Shown in pieces: positions 18,930 through 28,767 of a stretch of DNA of 64,000 nucleotides. Source of the DNA: a virus; IMG/VR virus record IMGVR_UViG_3300049215_000223, positions 1 through 64,000 of that record. One strand, given 5' to 3'. The notes under the pieces were generated by a model. The model made no database searches, was not told the origin of the DNA, and worked only from the letters and a program-made list of their open reading frames with translations. The number at the start of each line of letters is the position of its first letter. Positions within the stretch are counted from its first letter, which is position 1. The position numbers and the translations under genes are program-made.

Positions 18930-19397
18930 AAAGGGAGATGTGGGTGTCTTCAACGAGAACAATCTCGTACTGTTGCGAAGCGCATTGGTCTTGGAATCAA
19001 GAGCAGAAAATGTCCTGCTCATATAGCAACTGCAAAAGTTGTTTGGAAGCGCTATAAAGATGGGTGTTCGTTTGAAAAGTTCTTTGAACTATCTCAAAGC
19101 AATTGTTATTACTGTGATGCTCCACCATCAAATAAAGCTAATGCGTATAACTCTCAAAAGAAAACTACTGAAGAGCGGCGCGCTCAAGCTTGGTTTATTT
19201 ACAATGGATTGGATCGAGTAGATAGCTCAAAACCACATATAGAGGATAATATTGTACCATGTTGTAAGTTTTGTAACGCAGCTAAGATGGCTATGACTCA
19301 AAAAGAGTTTTATGATTGGATCAATCGTGCCCATTCTAATCTAGTTAGTAAGGGCAGGATTAACAATCCAAGTTCCATCGGAACCAACAATCTTTGA
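18930..19397 (+). pseudogene. 5'-truncated HNH endonuclease (one open frame; the track shows only its 3' part)
   Basis: After TAA 18927-18929: CGCLQ...CYYCDAPP...YNGLDRVDSSKPHIEDNIVPCCKFCNAAK; no start codon at the 5' end. Confidence 0.8.
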
Positions 19398-19668
19398 CCA
19401 AGAGCGTAATTCAAGAAACGCATATAACCACGCATCCAGAAAGCAACCAAACTCAATCGCTTTGCTTTGATGGATAACGCGGTACATGTTTTACTCCTCT
19501 GGCTCTAACCAACAGGGATCAGACCAAAACTCTTCTTGAAACTCTTCTTGAAACTTTTGTTTCTTCTCGTTGCGCTTTCGATCGCGAAAGGAATCCTTGG
19601 GAAGCATGTCGCGTGTGCCGAATCGCTTGGGAAGTTTCTGCTGACGGTGTTTGATTTTCTGTCCCATT

Positions 19669-19845
19669 TTACTTTGTCACTTCGATGGTACCAACGGTGT
19701 TGCCATTGGTATCCAGAATCTTGCCAGAAACGTCTAGCCAAGAAAGATGTAGGAATTTGTCGCTCAGCTTTTCCAAAGCTTTCGCCACATCGCCGCGCGT
19801 ACAGAAAGCAGCGTTACCAGTTTCCAGTTTGATGATGATGTTCAT
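19669..19845 (-). CDS. Small hypothetical protein
   Basis: MNIIIKLETGNAAF...DTNGNTVG. Confidence 0.65.
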   Translation of the reverse strand: MNIIIKLETGNAAFCTRGDVAKALEKLSDKFLHLSWLDVSGKILDTNGNTVGTIEVTK

Positions 19846-19849
19846 TGAC

Positions 19850-20065
19850 TCACCTATACAGGTAGAGAAACACAATTACTGACACCGATATGACTCTGAG
19901 TGTCCAGTGCGTTGACATTGCCATATCAGGATCGACGATCTTTCCTTCACCGCCACAATTATCACACAATTCCAACTTGGCAGGGAGCGAATGCTCTACC
20001 TCTTCACCATCATCGTCTTCGAGAGTGAAGGTGAACGGAGTGATAGCTGTTTTATTCTGAGTCAT
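19850..20065 (-). CDS. Hypothetical protein, possibly internally deleted
   Basis: Single CDNCGGEG half of a DnaJ-like pair, then unrelated-looking tail. Confidence 0.4.
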   Translation of the reverse strand: MTQNKTAITPFTFTLEDDDGEEVEHSLPAKLELCDNCGGEGKIVDPDMAMSTHWTLRVISVSVIVFLYLYR

Positions 20066-20289
20066 TTGCTAGCCATTTCTTCGGCAGTGTCTACGATCTT
20101 TTCTTTGACTGCGCTCATGTCGCCATTGTGCGCAATACAGTGTATCACCAACAACACATTGCAGAGGCAAAGACAAAAGACAAAGAAAGACAGACCCACA
20201 AGCATGAATCCGGTCAAGACATCTTTCCAATCAGGAAGAATCGCATCCGGTTCTGGCGGCGGTGGTGTGAAAATGTCTTGTGAATTCAT
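20062..20289 (-). CDS. Single-TM membrane protein
   Basis: Hydrophobic core; ATGA overlap. Confidence 0.55.
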   Translation of the reverse strand: MNSQDIFTPPPPEPDAILPDWKDVLTGFMLVGLSFFVFCLCLCNVLLVIHCIAHNGDMSAVKEKIVDTAEEMASK

Positions 20290-20293
20290 GTAC

Positions 20294-20638
20294 TTATTGA
20301 ACGGTGAGAGTCAACTTGTTGGAGATACTGCCCTTGTTCACAACCACGAGGACGAATACACTCGTAGTGCTAGGAGTATATTCCATGTGACAGGAATCTT
20401 TGGCGTTGATATCTTCGGCAACTGCGTCTGCATCCTTGTACAATACGCAATCGATATTGCCGCCGACATTCGTACCATGCGCATCGATGGTGGTCTTTTC
20501 TCCACCCTTCAATTCCACACTGTACATGACGCCTTGGCGCGGATCCAATTCACGAGAAACGACCAGCGTTCCACGAGTCGGACTGGCAAGCGCAATGCTG
20601 GAAAAGCAAAGCGCGCTAACGATGAGGCTGAGTTTCAT
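20294..20638 (-). CDS. Secreted beta-sandwich (PPC-like) protein
   Basis: Signal peptide MKLSLIVSALCFSSIALA; IDCVLY...VLVVVN pattern. Confidence 0.55.
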   Translation of the reverse strand: MKLSLIVSALCFSSIALASPTRGTLVVSRELDPRQGVMYSVELKGGEKTTIDAHGTNVGGNIDCVLYKDADAVAEDINAKDSCHMEYTPSTTSVFVLVVVNKGSISNKLTLTVQ

Positions 20639-20639
20639 A

Positions 20640-20852
20640 TCAACCGTTGTTGATTTTCTTGTCCAGCTCTTTGCGGACTTCGTGAACGTTCTCGCGAAGC
20701 TTGTTCACCTTTTGGGTCAAGCTCTTGTCTTTCACGTCTATGGAGCATTCCTCTGCCGCAATGAGTTTCTCTTCGGCTTTGCGCAGATAGTATTCCGTAT
20801 CTTGCGCGTTCCTCTTGGTCTCTTCGCTCATGATCTTCTCAATTCTTGTCAA
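20640..20852 (-). CDS. Small coiled-coil protein
   Basis: E/K-rich heptads. Confidence 0.55.
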   Translation of the reverse strand: MTRIEKIMSEETKRNAQDTEYYLRKAEEKLIAAEECSIDVKDKSLTQKVNKLRENVHEVRKELDKKINNG

Positions 20853-21112
20853 TCAGAATGACAGGCTTTTTGCTCAATCTCGAAATCGGACCAGTCATAA
20901 AATGACTCGTCCCATGAATCGAAACATAAGTAAGTGAATCCGTCAGTTGTATCAGTAGAGTCTCTGATCCACTCTTCGAAGAAGGGTCCGAATTTTTGAT
21001 TCGCATCCTCACTCATTTTTCCTAGAAGAGAAGAGGGCATCAGGTTATGATCGTCATCCTCTACATCAAAGCCCCAAAGAAGACAGAACTCTTTCAACTG
21101 ATCTTTAGTCAT
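20849..21112 (-). CDS. Acidic hypothetical protein
   Basis: ATGA overlap. Confidence 0.55.
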   Translation of the reverse strand: MTKDQLKEFCLLWGFDVEDDDHNLMPSSLLGKMSEDANQKFGPFFEEWIRDSTDTTDGFTYLCFDSWDESFYDWSDFEIEQKACHSD

Positions 21113-21119
21113 GGCTCTC

Positions 21120-21491
21120 TCAGTTCTTTCGAATCGTTTGAACGAAAGACACGATTGCGTCTTTCATGTCGCGCCCTTCTGCGCGTGCCTTCTTGGCAAC
21201 ATCGAATACCTTAGAGATATCCATGATATCGATCTGGATGCCAGAACAGTTCTCGCAGTAAAGCTTGTTGATCTCTGCATCCAATTTCTTGGCTGCAATC
21301 TTTTCCGCTCGGGTCATTTGAAATTCTCCCAATCGTATTCCTGATTCTCTTCTTCTGGCTTCTCCAGAAGCTAGGTTGACGTTGACAGTTTGAAGTTTGA
21401 AAAGCAAGACACCAATGGGATCATCTTTGGAATGTTTGCCATAGGCAAGAGCATTACCTACGAATGCCCGCGCTACTTCGAGATTGGTCAT
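21120..21491 (-). CDS. Hypothetical protein (possibly two fused genes)
   Basis: ATGA overlap with the deaminase; second ATG at 21317. Confidence 0.45.
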   Translation of the reverse strand: MTNLEVARAFVGNALAYGKHSKDDPIGVLLFKLQTVNVNLASGEARRRESGIRLGEFQMTRAEKIAAKKLDAEINKLYCENCSGIQIDIMDISKVFDVAKKARAEGRDMKDAIVSFVQTIRKN

Positions 21492-21835
21492 GGTGCAAAG
21501 GCTCCCCATTCATTGTCAGAGATAGTATAGAAAACCATTTCTACACCTTGCGCACGCAGGGAAGCGCGGCAATAATCACAAGGCTTTGCTAATGCAAGCT
21601 GTCCGTTTCGCAACACTCGTGCTACGTAAACCTCAGCGCCATGCCCACACTTGCGAAGCAATCGCCTTTCCGCATGTACACTTGGGATCTTCTCGCTATT
21701 AGCAGCAGTCGAACCGTTACGACTGTAGACCAGAACTCGGTCTCTACGTAATGCTACTGCTCCGACAAAAGCTTTACGTACACGATCCGTATCAGGTCGT
21801 GCTACTTCGGCTGCTGTCAATAACAGTTTGAGCAT
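21488..21835 (-). CDS. Cytidine/dCMP deaminase-fold protein
   Basis: SVHAERRLL and AKPCDYC (HAE...PCxxC). Confidence 0.8.
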   Translation of the reverse strand: MLKLLLTAAEVARPDTDRVRKAFVGAVALRRDRVLVYSRNGSTAANSEKIPSVHAERRLLRKCGHGAEVYVARVLRNGQLALAKPCDYCRASLRAQGVEMVFYTISDNEWGAFAP

Positions 21836-21839
21836 TGTA

Positions 21840-22088
21840 TTACTCGACGATGATCTCGATGCTTGCTAGTTTGCCCTTCACGTACTTCCAAGAAACGTGA
21901 CTGACGATTGCACCATACATATCATCACCACAATCGATGTAAATGAAATCACCCGAACGCGGAAGATCGATGGTGGGAATTTCCAGAGTAGTAAGCTCTT
22001 CTTCGTCGTCAGAATTGACTTGGCTTACTCGAAAGACTTTGACTTTCATTTTGAGAACTCCTTCACGGAAACATCCGCGAACTTCCAA
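21840..22088 (-). CDS. Hypothetical protein
   Basis: LPRSGDFIYI; start uncertain. Confidence 0.5.
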   Translation of the reverse strand: MEVRGCFREGVLKMKVKVFRVSQVNSDDEEELTTLEIPTIDLPRSGDFIYIDCGDDMYGAIVSHVSWKYVKGKLASIEIIVE

Positions 22089-22271
22089 TCGTCATGAGGC
22101 AGATTGATCTTGAGGCAATCGCCAATGGCATTCACCGTCAAGACAACAAAGGTTGGACGAAAGGGAGTTTCTTGAGCCTCCATCCAAGCCGCAATGATGA
22201 TTCTGCGATTGCACTCATCGTCTTCCAGGACGGAGCCACAAAGCTTTTGATGAATGAGCAGTTGATCCATG

Positions 22272-22538
22272 TTAGCTTACCGCCTTCGTGCTGATACGAA
22301 TACCGAACTTCTTCTTGCCGTATTGCACGTGGTACGGATACCAATTGGTATCGCCTTTGCCCCACACACGTCCGAGCGAATCCGTAAAGAGTCCTTCGCC
22401 CAATAGCATCTTCAACCACTTCTTGGTCAAAGCAGGATCGTCATCCACTTCCAGGAAACGCTCCGATCCCAATTCCACCCAGCCGTCAAGCTGAATGGTG
22501 CATTGCGCATCTAGCTCTTTGTGGGTGAGGGTGAGCAT
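22272..22538 (-). CDS. Hypothetical protein
   Basis: 88-aa ORF abutting neighbours. Confidence 0.55.
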   Translation of the reverse strand: MLTLTHKELDAQCTIQLDGWVELGSERFLEVDDDPALTKKWLKMLLGEGLFTDSLGRVWGKGDTNWYPYHVQYGKKKFGIRISTKAVS

Positions 22539-22930
22539 TTACAGCCAGCGATCGATCTTGGGAGAATGCCGAGTCTTGCTCGGATCCGAAGGCTGAGGCG
22601 TACATGCCGTCAGCAAAAGACAGATGAGGAGAATCGTTTTCATTTCATTTTCTGAAGGTGTAATTGGCTTCGTAGCTTTCGCAGTAGCCAGGTTTGTCGT
22701 ACGTAACTTTCCAACAGGCTTTCCGGTAGTGAGACTCCACATCCATCCATTGATGATTGAAGATGTGGTTCCTGGAAACATCTAGCTTTGCAGCAATGAG
22801 TCCAACCGCTTCACTTTGAAGAACGACGGCATACTTACCCGTACAATTCTCTTTGATGAGCTGGTTGAAAACCTCGAAGACTTCGTTGGGAATGCTTCGG
22901 CAGCTTCCAAAAGCCTTTGCTGCTGGATAT

Positions 22931-23119
22931 TCATCGCTTCCGCCTGTTGACTAGAGGGAAAGCATATCCTTGTTGCTCACTTGGTTGCCACTTCTCTTGC
23001 CAGCTAGGACGTAACCAGTCTTCTGACCAGCACTTACCAGTATAAAGAACGAGCCCCATAATGAACACCGCATAGATTCTGCTAAGCAGATCAATGTTGT
23101 CCACGATGAAGTGACTCAT
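22931..23119 (-). CDS. Small membrane protein
   Basis: One TM segment; RBS. Confidence 0.5.
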   Translation of the reverse strand: MSHFIVDNIDLLSRIYAVFIMGLVLYTGKCWSEDWLRPSWQEKWQPSEQQGYAFPLVNRRKR

Positions 23120-23131
23120 GTCTTTATCCCT

Positions 23132-23383
23132 TTAGTCTACGAGAGCTTGTTTCACGAACAAGGCATGATCTTTTTTCTGATCGCCTCTCAGCCCAAGAGA
23201 GAACGCTTCTCCATATAGGACAATCGTTCCATCCATCAGCCGAAAGAATCCGCCTCGAACAGCTTTCCACTGTTTGGGCATTCGTGCGGCGAAGTCTGCA
23301 TGCTTCTCCGTCTCTGGAAAGAGATACAGAGTTTCGATTCCGTTATCCTCGTATTGGAATACCAAGTACTTCATCCCATTCAT
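23132..23383 (-). CDS. Hypothetical protein
   Basis: VRGGF...LYGEAFSLGL. Confidence 0.6.
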   Translation of the reverse strand: MNGMKYLVFQYEDNGIETLYLFPETEKHADFAARMPKQWKAVRGGFFRLMDGTIVLYGEAFSLGLRGDQKKDHALFVKQALVD

Positions 23384-23670
23384 GATTGATCTTTGGGAGC
23401 GTTGTAGAATATCTCTACCGCGAATCCAAACTTCTCACGAGCACGCATCGCCGCGAGAATGGTTTCGTTCCTGGTCTTCTGATTCATTCGACCAAAGGGC
23501 ATGTATCCACCTCCATATCGACCAAACCAAAAGAACGACATTGCACTGTTTGAAATGTCATCGGGCAGAATCCAACAGCGAGATACCCCGCCGTCTTTCT
23601 GTTTCCAGACGTGTAGCTTTGCTTTCTCATTCATGCCGCAACCTCGCATGATTCGGGCATCTTGACCCAT
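23380..23670 (-). CDS. Hypothetical protein
   Basis: ATGA overlap with neighbour. Confidence 0.5.
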   Translation of the reverse strand: MGQDARIMRGCGMNEKAKLHVWKQKDGGVSRCWILPDDISNSAMSFFWFGRYGGGYMPFGRMNQKTRNETILAAMRAREKFGFAVEIFYNAPKDQS

Positions 23671-23789
23671 GCAGGAATTGAATGCCCACTTCGGGCAACC
23701 AAATTGAACTCACACCCGCATGGTTGTGCATGAGCAATCAATCGGGATAGAACCCGCTGCTCGAAACACTCTTGACAGAAGCTTGCACC

Positions 23790-24212
23790 TCAGTTGAAAC
23801 AGTTGCCGTTCAATGCAGGCGGTCCCGCATCAGCTCCCAAGCAAACCGCATTGGGGTGACCAGGATCCACGCAATCGGAATCCTGCAAACACGAATGCGT
23901 GCAAAGCGGAGGAACTCCCGGAATCGGTTGTTCGCATGTGTCCCTTGCCGGAAGAGCACAAGGCTGAACCGGACTGCACGTCCAGTAAAGACAAGGCTCC
24001 AAGTAGCCAGCAGGTTGATCGCATGCCGATGAATCCTCATCCGACGCATCCGAAACCACATCAGCCATGACTACATCGACCGTAACCACATCGGCAACGG
24101 ACGAATCAGAAGCGCCTGCTTCGGTCGGATTGCAATCGGAGGGAATGTAAACGTTCCCCGTTCCGCCGCATGCTAGCAACGCGCTGCATACCAGAAGTGA
24201 AATGACTTTCAT
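23790..24212 (-). CDS. Cysteine-rich lipoprotein of myxobacterial style
   Basis: Lipobox LLACGG, EAG/DV/DA linker, C-terminal CxxDSDC module. Confidence 0.7.
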   Translation of the reverse strand: MKVISLLVCSALLACGGTGNVYIPSDCNPTEAGASDSSVADVVTVDVVMADVVSDASDEDSSACDQPAGYLEPCLYWTCSPVQPCALPARDTCEQPIPGVPPLCTHSCLQDSDCVDPGHPNAVCLGADAGPPALNGNCFN

Positions 24213-24345
24213 ATTACTCTGTACTTTCCTTTGGGTCCAACCAAGTTGTATCCTTCGATACCACAATAGGACATGCCACACCAGAAAGGAATGGCTTCCA
24301 AGTTTGCGGTTGGAATGTCGTACTTACGACCACGCACAAACTTCT

Positions 24346-24816
24346 TCATGTGAATTGATCTTCGGTTCCTTGGTTCCAATCACGAACGATTCGCCCGTAA
24401 TTGTCAATGCGTTCGTTCCAGCTGTATTGGATTCGAGCCTTGGTGCCCTTGCGAATCCACATCTTGCCTTTGACGTCATAGGGCAAGGTCCAAACATCCG
24501 CATGCGTGCGGTATCGGTTCAATGCCTTGTTGACGATGGAATGAAACTTGACCCAATCTTCCCATTCCAAAAGACTGGACACGGGTTTGGGCTTGGAGGA
24601 AATCGGGCATTCGCCAGGATGGTTTCCGCAATACGCCTTCTTCTTGGTCAAGCGAACCTTACGCAACCAAGCGCAGGAAAAACCCTTGGACGTTCGCCCA
24701 ATGGTCAGCTCCGCGCGAAAGCGTCCGTCCTTTTCGATTCGGGCTTTCAGATGGTTGACAATGATGCTAACCTTTTCGTCCGTGTACGCGCTATGAAACT
24801 GAATCGTGTATGCCAT
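24346..24816 (-). CDS. Basic hypothetical protein
   Basis: Motif copy 24834 then GAGG RBS; YCGNHPGEC. Confidence 0.7.
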   Translation of the reverse strand: MAYTIQFHSAYTDEKVSIIVNHLKARIEKDGRFRAELTIGRTSKGFSCAWLRKVRLTKKKAYCGNHPGECPISSKPKPVSSLLEWEDWVKFHSIVNKALNRYRTHADVWTLPYDVKGKMWIRKGTKARIQYSWNERIDNYGRIVRDWNQGTEDQFT

Positions 24817-24874
24817 GATATCCTCGCTTCATGCCGTTGGACGATGGGTTCCTAGGTTTCGCCTTGAAAGAATC

Positions 24875-25192
24875 TTATAAATTGTTACAGTAGACCCACG
24901 CTTGATTCTTATCGTTCACCCCGCACACGTAGTAATACGTATGCACCTGGTCTTGAAAGCAAACGGTTCCAATGTAATTGTACCCCAATGCTTCCACCAC
25001 CATCCATTGACTGTCACCGTCTTTGCAAGTGAAGTGAATCGCATTCCTGCAATCCGTCTCACTCACAATCGGTGTGTAATCCATCTCGCAAGTGTTGAAC
25101 CATTCTTGCGCTTGTGTTCCTGTATCTTCGGGTGCAGACGATCCGCAACCCATGAGAATCATTGCAAGAATTGAAAGCTTGACCATATCCAA
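24875..25192 (-). CDS. Cys-containing lipoprotein
   Basis: GGAG RBS; lipobox LMGC. Confidence 0.65.
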   Translation of the reverse strand: MDMVKLSILAMILMGCGSSAPEDTGTQAQEWFNTCEMDYTPIVSETDCRNAIHFTCKDGDSQWMVVEALGYNYIGTVCFQDQVHTYYYVCGVNDKNQAWVYCNNL

Positions 25193-25568
25193 ACGCTCCT
25201 GTTTACTTGTCTTGGAACTGGCGCACCACTAGGGCGCGGGAGTGGATTATACCAAGCCCGAAGTCAAGCGGTTTATAGATTCCCGTCAAGCTAAAGTAAC
25301 CAGTACATTAGCCATCTTAGGATTGAACCTAGGGAGCGTCATACGCCATGTGCGTTTGGGTATATGGTCACAATCAAAGCACCTTCCACGTTTATCCTAT
25401 GCTTAGATTGCGCTTTCAGTCTTACAGTCAAGACACATGAATAAACGTAGCCATGTGTCGTTTCCGCTTTGATGCCATGTGCCTTTGGCAAGATTCTCGC
25501 CCGCACACTTGCATCCCTCTTGGCTCAATTCCTCTTTGGGATCTTGAGGCTTTCCAAACACTTGCATG

Positions 25569-25805
25569 TCAGTGACTCAGTTTGGGCATGAGCGCGAGAG
25601 AGAACTCTCGCATAATCTCTTTATCCACCTTAGCCTTTAGGACTTCCAGCTTGGATAGAGCTTCGGCATATTCGCCAGGTGCGAATACTTCCTTACACTT
25701 GTCAATGCTCACTAACAAGGATAGCTGAACCGTAATCAGCTCATCCAATGTCAGTGTCATCGTTGGCTCGCTTACAGACGCAAGCAGTTTCTTTTTGCGT
25801 CTCAT
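25569..25805 (-). CDS. Hypothetical protein
   Basis: Motif copy 25821 then GAAGGA RBS 15 nt before ATG. Confidence 0.6.
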   Translation of the reverse strand: MRRKKKLLASVSEPTMTLTLDELITVQLSLLVSIDKCKEVFAPGEYAEALSKLEVLKAKVDKEIMREFSLALMPKLSH

Positions 25806-26130
25806 GCTTATTCCTTCTAGCCGTTTGGCGATGGGAAAAGATTCGTCTCTACACCATTGCAATGGCTACTCATCCCTCATCACCTTGGGTTGCAGCCCGC
25901 TGGTAAGTAGACTTTGGATATTCCCACTAATATGCAGAGACGAACATTCTCGTAAGCACTGTTCTACAGACGTCCCAATAACCGATCTCAGAGGCGATCG
26001 AATCTCTTACTCTCGATTAGAGGTTAGTGGCGATCATCCCACGACTATCTGTAGAACGGTACCTACGAAGATACCGTGTGTTGGGAATTGGGGCATATGT
26101 TTCCACATGCCCCCATGTTCCCTTTGCGGA

Positions 26131-26487
26131 TTACTTGGCGTCCTTCCAACGCCAGATGCCGCCGTTCTTTCCCTTCGCCGTGCCGAGGAGCTTGCCCGAA
26201 GCCTTCTCCGCGTGACGGTTCTCTTCGAGAAACGCCTTGACGCGTTCCGAAAGGCGCGAATACGTCGCGGGAGTCGCCTGCAACGCCTGCATGACGAAAC
26301 CTTCGAGCGCAGGAACGTTCAGACGAGCACCCGGATAGCGATCGAAGATCGCATTCACCGCGTTGCTGATTGCTTCCTGATCCGCCGATTGCTCCGCCAC
26401 GTAGACGTCGAATGCATCCGACGCCGCCTGAAGAAACGCCGCCTTGTCCGAAAGGCTCTTGACCTCGATCTCGATTGACTTGCTCAT
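26131..26487 (-). CDS. Putative DNA-binding protein, paralog of 16747..17106
   Basis: See paralog motifs; downstream of motif copy 26546. Confidence 0.7.
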   Translation of the reverse strand: MSKSIEIEVKSLSDKAAFLQAASDAFDVYVAEQSADQEAISNAVNAIFDRYPGARLNVPALEGFVMQALQATPATYSRLSERVKAFLEENRHAEKASGKLLGTAKGKNGGIWRWKDAK

Positions 26488-26580
26488 GATGTTTTTCCCT
26501 TTTTCCTTTTCCTTGTTTCGTGACCCTTGTACCCTCATCTTCATGCCGTTTGGCGATGGGGCTTAGACTTGACCGAACGG

Positions 26581-26790
26581 TCAGTAATCGTCTTCGATCT
26601 GCTCTTCGACTACATCCTCGTAATTGCCCCGCTCGCCCAATACCTCAGGCGCATAGGTGCTCTTGACTACGTGAATGCATTCGTCGCAAACCCTAGAAAG
26701 CGGAATCCCTCGCGCATCATTCATCCACCAAGAATTCATCTTGTCATGGGTTTGCTTGTGCGCTTGCAGATTGTCTCGATTGACGCTCAT
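26581..26790 (-). CDS. Small hypothetical protein
   Basis: ATG 9 nt after motif copy 26800; DARGIPLSRVCDEC. Confidence 0.65.
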   Translation of the reverse strand: MSVNRDNLQAHKQTHDKMNSWWMNDARGIPLSRVCDECIHVVKSTYAPEVLGERGNYEDVVEEQIEDDY

Positions 26791-26880
26791 GCTCTCTAAC
26801 CGTTGGGCGATGGGAGGTTTTGAGAATTGGTATAGGGACTGCACATAGCAATCCCCATACCAAGTTACGCGAAAGCCCTT

Positions 26881-27300
26881 TCAGGCTTTCAGCACCCGCT
26901 TTGCAGCGCTGATCATTGCGGCAAGCACCGCATCGCTCTTGCTCACCAATTCGGGATACTCTTGACGCAAAGCGTCGTATCCAGCTTTGCCAGGAGCAAT
27001 GCCGTTGTTCTTCTGCACGTAGGTGCGAATCTTGCCCGACATGCTGTTGGGCTGATTGCCACGCCCCTTTTTGCCCTTGCCCTTGTTGACTTCCTTTTCC
27101 AGGGAAGCCAGGGAGATCGCATCTTGGCTCTGCTCGTCGATGCTCTTTTGATCCTTGAGCGTCAAGCATGCCGCCAGCATCTTTCGATGATTGTCGGTCA
27201 TGGGTTCCTTGACGTTCGGCTTCAAACCGAGAAGGTTTGCATGCGTGCCGACGATGGCGACCAGGGATTGAAGCTGCTCGCGACTGTTGATCTGAATCAT
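26881..27300 (-). CDS. Basic hypothetical protein
   Basis: AGGT RBS; K-rich KGKGKKGRG segment. Confidence 0.65.
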   Translation of the reverse strand: MIQINSREQLQSLVAIVGTHANLLGLKPNVKEPMTDNHRKMLAACLTLKDQKSIDEQSQDAISLASLEKEVNKGKGKKGRGNQPNSMSGKIRTYVQKNNGIAPGKAGYDALRQEYPELVSKSDAVLAAMISAAKRVLKA

Positions 27301-27647
27301 CGAACCACCTTACCTTTGAAACCGCACTTCTTGGCGACGTGCGGGAAGTGACGACGAAGCGTCTTCACACGAGACGGATTGACCCTGTAGGACATGCTGC
27401 CTTCGATCTTCATGATGGCACCATGCTCGCATGCACGACTCAGATCGTGCAGGATGTGATTCAGGTTGTAGGTTCGGTCCACCTTGAGAAAGTGAACCAG
27501 GGCTTCACCTGCCGTGAACGTTCCACCCGATTCCAGACGGGTCCAGAAGAGAAGGTGTCGAACGCGCGAAGGCACGTTGTGATGCACCGCATTCCCTTTG
27601 ATCGTGGTGAACTCTGCCGGAAACACACTCGCATTCAAGTAACGCAT
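27297..27647 (-). CDS. Hypothetical protein, possible winged HTH
   Basis: Downstream of motif copy 27668; ILHDLSRACEHGAIMKIEGSMSYRV. Confidence 0.55.
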   Translation of the reverse strand: MRYLNASVFPAEFTTIKGNAVHHNVPSRVRHLLFWTRLESGGTFTAGEALVHFLKVDRTYNLNHILHDLSRACEHGAIMKIEGSMSYRVNPSRVKTLRRHFPHVAKKCGFKGKVVR

Positions 27648-27688
27648 TCTCGTTCTCTTGTTTCTCGCCGTTGGGCGATGGGTTGTGG

Positions 27689-28225
27689 TTACTTCGGAAT
27701 CACTGTCAGACCACGACTCGATTGCATGTACTCCCCCGCATAGAAGCGCTTGAGGAGATCCCACAATGCCGCACGTGGTATCGGAAAGTTTGGAACCTGA
27801 TTGATCTTCTCTTCCCTATTGAACTTGCGTCCAGGGATATTGCGCCAAGCTTGCAAGGTCTCTTCCTTGTAGGGCGCACGAATGTGCAGGTAATCACCAT
27901 GGTCTTCTACCATGACAGTCACCTTGCGATCGATGAGAACGTTTGCGAGCATATCGAAACCGATCTCGCGCAGACGAACGATTGCCGCCATTAGATGCTC
28001 ACCGGGCAATCCACACGCAATGCTGTAGACGATTCGATTGCCTTCCTTGCGGGCGTCTTCTGAAACGTTGGGCGCTTTCTTGCCCATGAAGCCATGCTTG
28101 CTTCGACATGAAGGACCCATGCCATATTCGATAGACTTGGAATCCAGTAAGGCTTCCCCGCAGATTGCGCAGGTTACCTTCAACATCTTGGTTGCGGGCG
28201 CGTCATGATAATCTGTCATGCTCAT
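27689..28225 (-). CDS. DUF6011-like zinc motif plus HARP-like domain protein
   Basis: CAICGEALLDSKSIEYGMGPSC; LHIRAPY...WRNIPGRKFN. Confidence 0.6.
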   Translation of the reverse strand: MSMTDYHDAPATKMLKVTCAICGEALLDSKSIEYGMGPSCRSKHGFMGKKAPNVSEDARKEGNRIVYSIACGLPGEHLMAAIVRLREIGFDMLANVLIDRKVTVMVEDHGDYLHIRAPYKEETLQAWRNIPGRKFNREEKINQVPNFPIPRAALWDLLKRFYAGEYMQSSRGLTVIPK

Positions 28226-28408
28226 ACCCTCACATTCAAACCGTTTGGCGATGGGTTACTTACACCTACGCTTGTAGTCAGAACGATAGGTTCTGGCGCT
28301 TGTGTTGAAGTGTACCATGCCCATTGCCGCAAGCGCAGGCATGCTGATGTACTTAGCATCGCGATACTTTTTGAGTACCGTATCCAATGCTCGCTTCATG
28401 GAAGCCAT

Positions 28409-28630
28409 CTACTTTGGTCCCGTCCAAGTCAGCACATGGTTATCCTCAGACACCATGCCCGTGCGCTTGAGAAGATCGATGACCTTGTTGTAGGATTCCT
28501 GGGATAGCTGTCCCATGAGTTCGGCATACAGTCTGCCGTTGGGAACACTTCCCAAGTCACGGATAGCAGATCCTACTGCCATGACTGCGCTCAATCCCGC
28601 TTTGACTTCTTCCTTGGTGACCGTGTTCAT
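28409..28630 (-). CDS. Small winged-helix-like protein
   Basis: GSVPNGRLYAELMG...LKRTGMVSEDNHVLTW; ATG 15 nt after motif copy 28646. Confidence 0.55.
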   Translation of the reverse strand: MNTVTKEEVKAGLSAVMAVGSAIRDLGSVPNGRLYAELMGQLSQESYNKVIDLLKRTGMVSEDNHVLTWTGPK

Positions 28631-28767
28631 GCATTCACCTTCTAACCGTTATGCGATGGGTAGCACACACTCCCGATTGAGAGGGTATCAGGGAATACAA
28701 GGGATTCTAACCCCGCATGCGTATCCCTGATACCTTGTCGTTTCTCCCGTTATGCGATGGGTTTCTC

